DNA of 64,000 nt from an uncultured Pseudomonadales bacterium. Its GTDB lineage: Bacteria > Patescibacteriota > Microgenomatia > UBA1400 > MFAQ01. Both the position numbers and the translations under genes were made by a program. Under the pieces are notes generated by a model. The model worked only from the letters and a program-made list of their open reading frames with translations. It was not told where the DNA came from and ran no database searches. The stretch covers positions 816-64,815 of the forward strand of contig CAZARR010000004.1 of NCBI GenBank assembly GCA_964487665.1, read 5' to 3'. Below are positions 1 through 8,840 of this stretch, one piece after another (position 1 is the first letter of the stretch; every line of letters starts with the position of its first letter).

Positions 1-504
1 GCATAAAAATACAGAGGGTTGGTTGATGGTGTTAAAGCAGAGCAAGGGCCACCCAGACCAATGAATAGGCCAGAGGTGTTTTAGCCAGAAAGTCCATCTG
101 AGTTTTGGGTCAGAGACAAGACAATTACCGACAACCCAAAGTTTATCGGGGTTTTTATGAAAATATTGAACTACCCTTTGAAATGCTCCGGGAAGGTAGT
201 AATCGTCGGAATTAATATATGCCACGATTTCTCCGGTGGCCTGGTTAAGTGCTTGATTTATTGCGTTGACTTGCCCCTTGTCTTTTTTGGATTGCCATTT
301 GATGACTTTGGGGTATTTTTTTGCGTACTTTTGTATTATTTCAACAGATCCGTCGGTTGATCCTCCGTCGAATATTAAATATTCTAGGTTTGGATAATCT
401 TGATTTAGTACCGATGTTATCGTCTCCTCGAGATAGGAAGCTTGGTTAAATGAGGGGGAAATGACGGTGATCTTCGGATAATTATTTACGTTTTTTGATT
501 TCAT
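1..504 (-). CDS. Glycosyltransferase family 2, 3'-truncated by the window edge (not in the ORF track)
   Basis: Manual reverse-strand translation from the ATG at 504..502 gives MKSKNVNNYPKITVISPSFNQASYLEETITSVLNQDYPNLEYLIFDGGSTDGSVEIIQKYAKKYP...VAYINSDDYYLPGAF, which has the classic GT2 N-terminal IPxxN / DGGSTD / SDD motifs. The frame stays open to position 1. The start overlaps the stop of the upstream DUF2304 gene. Confidence 0.7.
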   Translation of the reverse strand, partial: MKSKNVNNYPKITVISPSFNQASYLEETITSVLNQDYPNLEYLIFDGGSTDGSVEIIQKYAKKYPKVIKWQSKKDKGQVNAINQALNQATGEIVAYINSDDYYLPGAFQRVVQYFHKNPDKLWVVGNCLVSDPKLRWTFWLKHLWPIHWSGWPLLCFNTINQPSVFLC

Positions 505-832
505 CCTTGATGGCTCTTTCACTAACCATTTTTTGTATCCTTCGCTGTAGGTCCTTGACCCCAACATGATTTTGGAAACCGAGGTAAGTTAAGACCATAA
601 ACGCGCCAATGGTGAGAAGGTCAAATACCCTAATTACGTTTAGATCGCTAAGAAAGGGGTTGAGTAGGGTGGGAAAAATTGTGAAGAACAGAAACCCCGA
701 CCAGAGAACAAGCCAAATATAATATTCCTTTTGGTCAATATTCCCCCTTTTGTGATGAAGGAAAATAAGATAGAGCATGAATAGCCCGAAAAATAGCGCA
801 ATTAATTGCACCCCGAAAAAGGCTTGAATCAT
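482..832 (-). CDS. Small membrane protein, DUF2304-like (GT2-associated)
   Basis: 116 aa with 3-4 TM helices and a basic C-tail (KDEIKKRK). It is sandwiched between two GT2 genes on the same strand, the typical GT2-DUF2304 arrangement. Confidence 0.55.
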   Translation of the reverse strand: MIQAFFGVQLIALFFGLFMLYLIFLHHKRGNIDQKEYYIWLVLWSGFLFFTIFPTLLNPFLSDLNVIRVFDLLTIGAFMVLTYLGFQNHVGVKDLQRRIQKMVSERAIKDEIKKRK

Positions 833-872
833 ATTTTGATTTTATCCTATTCCCCTTAGGTAAGTAAGGTAT

Positions 873-1544
873 CTAGGATAACTTCCACCAAAACGAATTG
901 ACTAGAATTTTAAAGGCGTCAACGATAGTTACTCCTTTGTACTTATCCACATAAATGGTTTCGATGGGAACTTCGATAAACCTTAGAAGGTGGCGATGTT
1001 TCCCCAGTCGGGCAATCATTTCCGTCTCTACTCCGTACCCCGGAGGAGGAGACGGCTTCCACTTAATTATTTTGTATGTTTTTTTGTTAAAAGCTCTGAA
1101 ACCTGAAAGTAAATCACTGACATAGACGCCAAACAGTAACCCTATGTAGACAGAGGCGAACTTGTTACCCAAAAATCGGACAAGAGGGGTGTCAATAGAT
1201 TTTTTGCGTGACCCGAGAACAAAATCATATCCTTCCCTGAGTTTACGTAAAAACTGGGGAATTTCTGCAGGGTTGTGCTGTAGATCTGCATCCATTAGCA
1301 CGAAGGAGTCGGCTCCCTGTTTGATGGCGTATTGGATACCAGTGAGAAGTGCCGCGGATTTGCCCAGGTTGAGATGATGGCGTAAAAGATGTTGGTGCGA
1401 TTTCAGTTTTAGTTTGGTTGGTTTTTTTGACCCATCGTCAACGATAACGATGGGAATATTCGGTGCAACATGATTTATCCGAGAGAGCAACTTCATGAGG
1501 CGGTCGCCTTCGTTGTACGATGGGATTATTAGGTAGGTATTCAT
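873..1544 (-). CDS. Glycosyltransferase family 2, DPM1/polyprenyl-phosphate sugar synthase-like
   Basis: MNTYLIIPSYNEGDRL...IVIVDDGSKK...VLMDADLQHNP. This is the N-terminal GT-A fold with a DxD (DAD) motif; it is short (223 aa) and soluble. Confidence 0.8.
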   Translation of the reverse strand: MNTYLIIPSYNEGDRLMKLLSRINHVAPNIPIVIVDDGSKKPTKLKLKSHQHLLRHHLNLGKSAALLTGIQYAIKQGADSFVLMDADLQHNPAEIPQFLRKLREGYDFVLGSRKKSIDTPLVRFLGNKFASVYIGLLFGVYVSDLLSGFRAFNKKTYKIIKWKPSPPPGYGVETEMIARLGKHRHLLRFIEVPIETIYVDKYKGVTIVDAFKILVNSFWWKLS

Positions 1545-1565
1545 CTGTTGCAGTTTGGCTATTCT

Positions 1566-2702
1566 TCAACCTATAAAATATCCTCGGGAAAAGAGACTGA
1601 TTGAAATGATGCTAGTGAGAACCAGTATTAGGTACACAATTTTCCTTACCCAAAGAGCTTGAGTTGATAACCAGTGTGCGGCGACCATAAAAAGAGGGAA
1701 GATGACGATTAAATATCGAGGCATAGAGGAGAGGGTTCCTGTGAGCGTTGGGAGAATGAACGAACCGAGCGAATAGATAAAATAAGAGATGGGTAATCTT
1801 TTGTAAACAAGGTAAAGTAATGGCAGGCTAATTATGCCCGAGGAAAATTCGATCATGGCTGTAAAATAAGTGGGGGTGAGGGGATTGCTGAAAAACATCA
1901 TTTTGAGGTAACGGTAAAATACCTGGTGAAGAAGAATCAATTTGTCGACTGTTCGACTTGCTCCGAATGCCGGCTGGCTGTTTACAAAATAGAGAGGATC
2001 CCCGGTAACAAAATTTTGGTAGAAAATATAACTGATTAACCCCAGAGGTGGGATTACCAACCAGACGATATTGGGATCTAGTACAGTTTTTTTGAAATTC
2101 TTTTTATTTTCGATGAAAAGTTGTCCTGCAATTGAGAACCACAAGAATATTCCCGGGATCCGGCTAAATGATGCAATTCCGGCCATAATACAGGCCAATG
2201 GGTAATTTTTTTTAGCTATAAAATAAAAGGTAAGCAGTGAAACCAAAAGAAAGGTAGAGTCACTATAAACTGAGACTAAAAAAAAGGCTGTTGGGAAAAC
2301 AGCCATTAATTGAAGTGTGGTCTTGGCCACGCTAATTTTAAAAAACCTAGTTGTTAGTTTAAATAGTAACAGAATAGATAACAAGGTTGACAGATTTGAG
2401 ACAAATAACCCGCTACCTAAATAGCCAAAAATTGGTGCAAATAAACGAATTGAGGCCGGATACAGAGGAAAGAAGGCATATAACTGATTAGTGTAAATTG
2501 TGTTGTACCAGTGCTGGGCAAGAATTTGGTAGTGGATGCCGTCAAAATTGGCCCAAACGTTTACTAGATATTCGGCGGTTAGCCTTTCCGGTAACTTTGT
2601 ATATCCAGGATGGAGTGGTAAAAGAAAGAAGGCTGGAATGATAGAAATTAGTAGGGCCGCCCTCCAAATAATAAACAAACGAACCAGCTTAAGATTGCTC
2701 AT
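1566..2702 (-). CDS. PIG-V-like (GT76-like) polytopic mannosyltransferase
   Basis: 378 aa with about 10 TM helices. The motif FDGIHYQILAQHWY...YAFFPLYP matches the PIG-V signature WDxxHFxxIAxxGY...AFFPxxP. Confidence 0.55.
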   Translation of the reverse strand: MSNLKLVRLFIIWRAALLISIIPAFFLLPLHPGYTKLPERLTAEYLVNVWANFDGIHYQILAQHWYNTIYTNQLYAFFPLYPASIRLFAPIFGYLGSGLFVSNLSTLLSILLLFKLTTRFFKISVAKTTLQLMAVFPTAFFLVSVYSDSTFLLVSLLTFYFIAKKNYPLACIMAGIASFSRIPGIFLWFSIAGQLFIENKKNFKKTVLDPNIVWLVIPPLGLISYIFYQNFVTGDPLYFVNSQPAFGASRTVDKLILLHQVFYRYLKMMFFSNPLTPTYFTAMIEFSSGIISLPLLYLVYKRLPISYFIYSLGSFILPTLTGTLSSMPRYLIVIFPLFMVAAHWLSTQALWVRKIVYLILVLTSIISISLFSRGYFIG

Positions 2703-3769
2703 TATGCGACAAATTTTCCTGATAAAAATAATTTAAACAGATACACCTGAAGGATAACACACAATAATAAAAATATATAAAAAATATTCCGTCTTTTGGT
2801 GCCCGCGCAAATAAAATAGATAGGAAACAACACCATCATATACCGGGGAAACGATGACAGGGTGCCAGTTAAACTAGGGATAAGTGTGCCTAGCAAGACG
2901 TAGAGCGCCTGTGGAAATTGCTTTACTTTAAATAAAATATATGAAAAAAATATTCCTAAGGTAAAAGAAAAAACCTCGAGTAAAGCAATTTTGTACTGGT
3001 GAAGTGTCGGGGAGACAGTTAATAGTATCCTGATATAGCGATAAACTGTTTGAAGAGGAAGGGTGACGTTTGATTTATTCCATAGCGATAGCGAGTGCAC
3101 AAATGACAACGGGTCGTTAAAAGCGAAAAATAGATATAGCATATAAACGAATAATCCTAGTGGGATTAGGAATAGATATGCGTGTTTCTTTTCTAATCTC
3201 TTGTGCTTTAGGTATAAATCACTAATAAGTAACGGAAATAACAGAATTCCATAAAAGCGGGTCAGAGCAGCCAAGAATCCAAACGTGCCAGAAATAAAAA
3301 ATTTATCTTGTTTGTATGAATACCAACTAACTAACGATAAGAGCAGAAATAGACTCTCTGTATAGCTAGAAACGAAGAAGAAGGCTAGTGGGTAAGAAAT
3401 TAGCGCCAACGATGAGGAAAATGTTTTATCTAGACGGTTAAATATTATTAACGACAAAATAAGGCAACAAAGTGAAATTACAATCGATCCTAACAAAGGA
3501 TCGATAAAATTTGAAAAGATGCCTATCAACCGTGGGAACAGTGGGAAAAAGGCAGTTTGAAATTGCATTTTATACCCGGAACTAGCAATGTTTTGATAAT
3601 GGGCTCCGTCGAAATTACCAAGGTGCCAAAGAAATTGAGGTGAAGTTGTGTATAGTCCGGTGTCTTTTTCGAAAGAGTATGGAAAAAAATTATTATGTGG
3701 TAGAAGTAACACCAATGTCAGTAAGGTTAACCAGGCCACAAATAGTCCCCAAAAGTGTACAGCTTTCAT
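2702..3769 (-). CDS. PIG-V-like (GT76-like) polytopic mannosyltransferase, paralog
   Basis: 355 aa. FDGAHYQNIASSGYKMQFQTAFFPLFP is the same signature as the adjacent gene. It is a tandem paralog, and its stop overlaps the neighbouring start. Confidence 0.55.
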   Translation of the reverse strand: MKAVHFWGLFVAWLTLLTLVLLLPHNNFFPYSFEKDTGLYTTSPQFLWHLGNFDGAHYQNIASSGYKMQFQTAFFPLFPRLIGIFSNFIDPLLGSIVISLCCLILSLIIFNRLDKTFSSSLALISYPLAFFFVSSYTESLFLLLSLVSWYSYKQDKFFISGTFGFLAALTRFYGILLFPLLISDLYLKHKRLEKKHAYLFLIPLGLFVYMLYLFFAFNDPLSFVHSLSLWNKSNVTLPLQTVYRYIRILLTVSPTLHQYKIALLEVFSFTLGIFFSYILFKVKQFPQALYVLLGTLIPSLTGTLSSFPRYMMVLFPIYFICAGTKRRNIFYIFLLLCVILQVYLFKLFLSGKFVA

Positions 3770-4785
3770 TGTGAGTTTGAATTCACGTGATAATAGACAT
3801 CAGCGGTTCTTGTAGCGGTTTCTTTCCAGGAAAATCGCTTTGCTTGCTGATATCCGGATTGAATGTGCTTACCTTTGGCGTTTTCCGATAAACCAATTGC
3901 ACTTCTTATAGCGTTTATCATGCTCATAGTGTTTGTCGGGTCAAAATTTATTGCTTCGGGATAATACAACTCGGGCAAACTGGATGAATTTGAGCTGACT
4001 AGTAAGCAACCTGAGGCCATGGCTTCGAGAACGGGGATACCAAAACCTTCATACAGAGATGGCTGACAATAAACAGTTGCCAGTCGGTAGAAACCAGGTA
4101 GATCGTCGGTGGGGACAAAACCTGGATATAGTATGTGATCGTAATCTTTAAGCCTAGCTAAATCGGTCAATTCAGCATGTATCGGTCCGGGGGGAAGATT
4201 TTTTGCTACATCTCTACCCACTATCACCAGCTGAAGTTTTAGTTGTTTGGTTGCTTTTGCTAAGGCGGGGAGGTTTTTGTTGGGGTTAGGTCCCCCTGCT
4301 ACGGTTAAGACAAATTTATCAGGGAGGTGATATTTTGTTTTGATTGCTGCCATATTTTTGGGCGAAATTGGCTTGGAAAAGATTTGGTCGAAAGCGAGGT
4401 AAATGGGAAATATTTTCGATGGACTTATTTTGAAAAACTTTACGATATCCGCTTTTGAGTTTTTTGAGTCCGTAATAATTGCCTGGACATTATGAAGGGA
4501 GATCCTTTGGTGGAACAAACCAAGCCGTCCGCGAATTCCCTTAGGATACAGTTTGGACAAAACCAAAGGGGTTAGATCATGGATGGTGATGATTGTGGGA
4601 AGGGTTTTTACTAGAGGAAGCGTGCAATAGAAGGGGTCAAAGAAAAGATAGTGGATTAAATCTGGATCATCGTTGACAATTGCTACATTCGGTAGTTTGT
4701 GCAATTCATTGGCTAAATTGTCTGCATACAACCCGATTCCCCTACCGCCAGAATGGTCAGATGAGGCTAGTTTAACTTTTAGCAT
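3766..4785 (-). CDS. Glycosyltransferase family 4 (GT-B, 'group 1')
   Basis: The EGFGIPVLEAMASGCLLVSS motif (EX7E region) is typical of GT4, and the protein is 339 aa. Confidence 0.8.
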   Translation of the reverse strand: MLKVKLASSDHSGGRGIGLYADNLANELHKLPNVAIVNDDPDLIHYLFFDPFYCTLPLVKTLPTIITIHDLTPLVLSKLYPKGIRGRLGLFHQRISLHNVQAIITDSKNSKADIVKFFKISPSKIFPIYLAFDQIFSKPISPKNMAAIKTKYHLPDKFVLTVAGGPNPNKNLPALAKATKQLKLQLVIVGRDVAKNLPPGPIHAELTDLARLKDYDHILYPGFVPTDDLPGFYRLATVYCQPSLYEGFGIPVLEAMASGCLLVSSNSSSLPELYYPEAINFDPTNTMSMINAIRSAIGLSENAKGKHIQSGYQQAKRFSWKETATRTADVYYHVNSNSQ

Positions 4786-4812
4786 GGTGTGTATAGACTA
4801 TAGTATAACCAT

Positions 4813-6327
4813 ATGAAAGGGTTGTGGATGGCTAGAAGAAAAGAAATATTGGGTTGTCTATGTGTGTTTTTGGGAATATTCTGTTTCGCTTTAGGGAATT
4901 GGGTTTTTCGTACTTTTATGATCAACGTGGACGAAAAAGATCATCTAGTCGTTGGATATTTGATGTCAAAAGGGTGGGTACTCTATAAGGACATCTTCAC
5001 CCACCACTTTCCATTTCCATATTATTGGGTAAGGATTTTTGATTTTATGTGGGTAAACCTGATTCCTCACCGTGGAATTGCAATGTTTAGAACAACACTG
5101 AATATATATTACCTATTTTGCTCAGCATTGGTTTTGATAAACCTTAGGGCTTTTAGGGATCGGTTGTTTTTTGTTGTTTTTTTAAATAGCACGGTTTTAT
5201 TAATGCCCTTGTTTCATGGTAATTTGTTGTTAAGCGAAACGTTTGGTTTTTTCCCGGTAATTATGATTATCTGGCTGGTGTTTTCGAACCTAAGTAACGT
5301 TCTTCGCGAAAATTGGATTTTGGTATTAAGTTCGCTTGTGTTGTGTAGTATGGGATTTTGGTCGCAACCACTGGTGTTTCCTGTCTTTTTTTTGCCGTTG
5401 CTCTACTTGCGCAAAAAAAGGAGAGCCTATTTGGGGCTTGTAATAGCCATTCAAGTATTACTGCTTTTGTTTCTTTGGCAAAATGGTTCGTTAGCAGCCT
5501 TTACCCAAATGGGTATTTGGTTTAATTTTAATGTTTATTCACCTTATTACTATGACATTGAAGGTGTTAATCCGGGGTTATCGGGATTTATTACGAAAAT
5601 AATTGATAATCAATTCACAATGATGTTTAGACCTGACATTAAAAATGCCGTATTATCGCTCCAGTTTATTGGAAGCTGGGTTTTGTGTTTACTTGGAATC
5701 AACCTAATACTGAAAAAAAACTATAGATTGCTTGCTGGTCTATTGCTATGCATTTTTCTGGTTAGAGTGCGAGAGGCAAAAGTTAACCCTGGACATATGT
5801 TTAACTTTGGGGTGTGGCCTTATATGATGTTTATCAATCTTGTGCTTATTTGGTTGATACGATCTACCCGAGGTTTAGTGCGGGTCTTTGTAGTGGCTAG
5901 TTTTTCGTTATATTTTTTTTATGTCATATTTGGGTCTAGGACTATTGTTTTACAAAGCTTGATTCAAGGTTACAATTACCATATATTTTGGGGTGATCGA
6001 GAAGCGATCGGTAACGAGATGGCAAAACTCGCAGGGGATGATAAAAATGTGTTAGTTTATCCGCACGATGTTGATCTGTACTACTTTGCTAGAAAAGAAC
6101 CCCCCGATAGGTTCTTGTATTGGTTCCCCTGGGTGAACCAAATTAGTAGTTATAGAAAGGAACGAGAGAGGGCTATTGAGCAAAAAAGCGTTAGGGTTAT
6201 GTATTTAGGGGGTATGAGTTTTAAGGGAGAAAATAATTATTATCTAAATATGTGGCCAGATTTGAAAAAAGGATTTAAGGTTGCTACAACCGAGGGAAAG
6301 TTTAGCAATATTTGGGTCAGGCAGTAA
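4813..6327 (+). CDS. Polytopic membrane protein, unknown family
   Basis: 504 aa with more than 10 predicted TM helices and a soluble C-terminal ~120 aa. No motif recognised. Confidence 0.45.
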   Translation: MKGLWMARRKEILGCLCVFLGIFCFALGNWVFRTFMINVDEKDHLVVGYLMSKGWVLYKDIFTHHFPFPYYWVRIFDFMWVNLIPHRGIAMFRTTLNIYYLFCSALVLINLRAFRDRLFFVVFLNSTVLLMPLFHGNLLLSETFGFFPVIMIIWLVFSNLSNVLRENWILVLSSLVLCSMGFWSQPLVFPVFFLPLLYLRKKRRAYLGLVIAIQVLLLLFLWQNGSLAAFTQMGIWFNFNVYSPYYYDIEGVNPGLSGFITKIIDNQFTMMFRPDIKNAVLSLQFIGSWVLCLLGINLILKKNYRLLAGLLLCIFLVRVREAKVNPGHMFNFGVWPYMMFINLVLIWLIRSTRGLVRVFVVASFSLYFFYVIFGSRTIVLQSLIQGYNYHIFWGDREAIGNEMAKLAGDDKNVLVYPHDVDLYYFARKEPPDRFLYWFPWVNQISSYRKERERAIEQKSVRVMYLGGMSFKGENNYYLNMWPDLKKGFKVATTEGKFSNIWVRQ

Positions 6328-7981
6328 TCACTCGGGCGTTTTTTAACCAAAAAATATAAAGAAGTGATCCGGCAATTGATAGATAATTTGATATTTTTCT
6401 TGTGGGAGTGTCCGTGAGGGAGGCAGACAAATGATAATTCCCTGGTGGTAGAGAAAAAACTGGGAAGCCAGGGTTTGAAGGATCGTTAATCTGATATCCA
6501 ATGGCCTTTCCATTGATACTTATCACCCAGGTTGGAAAATAGAATTGATTTAGGCGCAACTGACTGTGATCATAAAGTAGCAATTGAGCCGATAGATGAG
6601 TTGAGTCGGTCACGAGGTGGGTGACTTCTCCTTTACCCAAAATAAGGCTGATTTTATCTGGGGGTGCCTCAACATCAGTAGCGACAGCCCATGTGGGGAG
6701 ATGTTCGTCCCAGGACGTGGTGGTTTGGTTTGATGAGACGATATCGGCTTGGGATATTTTGACAGTTTCGTTAATACGAAGGTGGTTACGGTTTGCATAC
6801 AAGGCGATGGTAAGAATCAGTAAACAGTAAACTATTTGACGTTTCTTTGTTAACAACGAGGCTGTATAGGCCGCGGCTAAGCAGGATAACAAAGTAGCAA
6901 GACCAAGAAATCGGTGGGGGTATTGGACCATTTGTATTAAAGGCACTGCTTCCCAAAGAAATTTGCTAATTTTGAGAGCCAAGAAGATTGAAAAGTAACT
7001 GAGAAGTAATAATAGGATCTCGAAACGAATATTTTTGGTATTTTTTCTGGCAACATTGACTGCAACAATTATCGAAAAAGAAAGGAGCCCAAACCAGTTG
7101 GCTATCCCCAGTTGGAACGACATTCCGTCTTCTTTGCCATCGGGGTTGGATAGACCGTAGCCCCAAGGCGAGTAAAGTATTTGTTTAAAAGAAGGGAATT
7201 GGTCTTGATAGTGAAACAGAAGGATTTTATCGTAGCGAGTAAATGGTTTTTCGATAATTGCCGGAAAAAGGAAGAAAGCGGCCAATATTATGCCTATTAC
7301 TACCGGGGTGATAAATCGGAGAATTATTTTTGTCGTTGTCAGGGTATTTTGCAAAAAGAACAACAATATAAGGCAGGGTGGCAGGAAAATTAGTGCGCTT
7401 ACGTTGTGCATTAGTAACAAAGCGGCAAGGAGTAAGGGAGAAAATAAACCTGATTTTTTGTTTTGCAGTAAACCGAAAAGTGACCACAATAACCAAGGTA
7501 AAAGTGCGAATGATATGCAGGCTCCCAACGATGCTGAGACATAAAGGTTGATAAATCTTACGGGGCTGTAGATATATATGATTGACCCAGCAACGGAAAC
7601 TAGGTGGAAACGTGATGGGAGCCAGGCTTTTAAGAACAAATACATTCCGACGGCCGAAAATGGCACTGATAAAAAAAGTAATATCTTGACGCTGTCAACA
7701 TAACCTATACCAAAAAAAACGAACAATTCCCCCAAGGCCGATGGTAAAGGATAGATATAATTAAACAATGGATAACCCCAACCATGGTAGAGCCAACTGG
7801 CCCATCGGGGAGGAATTTGCCCTTCGTGAATAAGCCTGTCAAAAACTGCCAATCGACGAACGTTATGCAGCAAGTCGTGACTAGTGAAAGCACCCGGGGT
7901 GAATAAGGTCCAAACAGCTGGAAGACAAAAGGCAATGATAGTAACAACTTGAGCGAAGGGACTATTTAGAATCTTCTTCAC
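6317..7981 (-). CDS. Polytopic membrane protein, family A (PTPS-related-like putative GT-C)
   Basis: The N-terminus TPGAFTSHDLLHNVRRLAVFDRLIHEGQIPPRWASWLYHGWGYPLFNYIYPLP shares the HD..H..R....G.hPxRW...GYxP.FNY..PLPY motif with the three tandem ORFs at 38-43 kb. Confidence 0.5.
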   Translation of the reverse strand: MKKILNSPFAQVVTIIAFCLPAVWTLFTPGAFTSHDLLHNVRRLAVFDRLIHEGQIPPRWASWLYHGWGYPLFNYIYPLPSALGELFVFFGIGYVDSVKILLFLSVPFSAVGMYLFLKAWLPSRFHLVSVAGSIIYIYSPVRFINLYVSASLGACISFALLPWLLWSLFGLLQNKKSGLFSPLLLAALLLMHNVSALIFLPPCLILLFFLQNTLTTTKIILRFITPVVIGIILAAFFLFPAIIEKPFTRYDKILLFHYQDQFPSFKQILYSPWGYGLSNPDGKEDGMSFQLGIANWFGLLSFSIIVAVNVARKNTKNIRFEILLLLLSYFSIFLALKISKFLWEAVPLIQMVQYPHRFLGLATLLSCLAAAYTASLLTKKRQIVYCLLILTIALYANRNHLRINETVKISQADIVSSNQTTTSWDEHLPTWAVATDVEAPPDKISLILGKGEVTHLVTDSTHLSAQLLLYDHSQLRLNQFYFPTWVISINGKAIGYQINDPSNPGFPVFSLPPGNYHLSASLTDTPTRKISNYLSIAGSLLYIFWLKNARVITA

Positions 7982-8840
7982 GATAAAGTTCCCAAAGTTT
8001 CATATAACCAAAAGCATGGTGGAATCCTGAATAAATTGAGAAAACAAAACCTGGGAATCCATCTAAAAATCCCCTATATCGTACGTAAAGACGAAAAAAG
8101 GTTAGTACAGGTTTGATAAAAAGATAATTTATTGTATTAAATACTGTTATTTTTACTTTCCGTTTGTAAAGTTCATCGGCGAGAAGACTGGAATATCTAT
8201 TTTCTCTGGTTAGATATCTAGAGAAATTTGGTGTTGCATAATGATCTAATTCTCCTTTTAACCAACCAATTTGTCCGACCACTTCCATTTGCTCATGAAC
8301 ATCTTTGGCCGGTAGAAATGCTTTTCCTTTTTGAAATAGGCGGATAACCGGATCGGGGTACTGACCAGTGTTCATTAGGTATCGATTTAGAAAAAAGTTT
8401 TTTCGGACAAGATAATATGCTGAAGCGGGAGCAGACAATTTATTCGGCTTGTGGAACAAAGGTAAAACTCGCCCAATCATTGCCTTTAATGGAGATTGCC
8501 ATGAGTCGTAACCAAAGTATGAACCGGTAAGTAGATTACAGATTTCTTCTTTTAATTGTGAAGTGACGACCTCGTCAGCGTCAAGCTGCAGGACCCATTT
8601 TGATTTGGCTTGATCGTTAGCCATTTTTTTGTTGATATGAAAGTTTGGCTTGTTGGTGGTTAATGTAATTTTTGCCCCATATTTACGAGCAACTTCAACT
8701 GTTTTGTCGGTAGACATACCATCGAAAATAACGATTTCACTAGCAATGTCTTTGATGGCCTCTAAACATTTGCCTAAGATAGCCTCTTCGTTAAAAGTAG
8801 ACAGGGTGACGGAAAGAGGTAATTTTTTATTCTTGATCAT
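7962..8840 (-). CDS. Glycosyltransferase family 2
   Basis: LSVTLSTFNEEAILGKCL...IVIFDGMSTDKT...LQLDADE gives GT2 motifs; 292 aa. Confidence 0.75.
   Translation of the reverse strand: MIKNKKLPLSVTLSTFNEEAILGKCLEAIKDIASEIVIFDGMSTDKTVEVARKYGAKITLTTNKPNFHINKKMANDQAKSKWVLQLDADEVVTSQLKEEICNLLTGSYFGYDSWQSPLKAMIGRVLPLFHKPNKLSAPASAYYLVRKNFFLNRYLMNTGQYPDPVIRLFQKGKAFLPAKDVHEQMEVVGQIGWLKGELDHYATPNFSRYLTRENRYSSLLADELYKRKVKITVFNTINYLFIKPVLTFFRLYVRYRGFLDGFPGFVFSIYSGFHHAFGYMKLWELYREEDSK

Noticed and set aside
1162-1377. Short ORFs nested in or antisense to long genes. Examples: 157..360, 1162..1377, 2536..2736, 6610..6830, 6966..7544, 7705..7947, 8650..9055, 11199..11390, 12426..12614, 13207..13552, 15323..16605, 17750..17950, 18889..19475, 20551..20913, 22018..22245, 25483..26422, 27177..27652, 32113..32379, 32938..33156, 36341..36598, 37109..37303, 38578..39276, 40232..41287, 41886..43015, 43132..44154, 44573..45077, 45233..45656, 49093..49885, 51265..52164, 52502..52729, 53419..53613, 54828..55082, 55546..56108, 57683..58101, 58890..59947, 60401..61239, 62879..63331.
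   Set aside because: All lie inside, mostly antisense to, much longer ORFs with clear family signatures. Their sequences are low-complexity or membrane-like artefacts of AT-rich antisense frames, and none has recognisable motifs or a ribosome-binding site.
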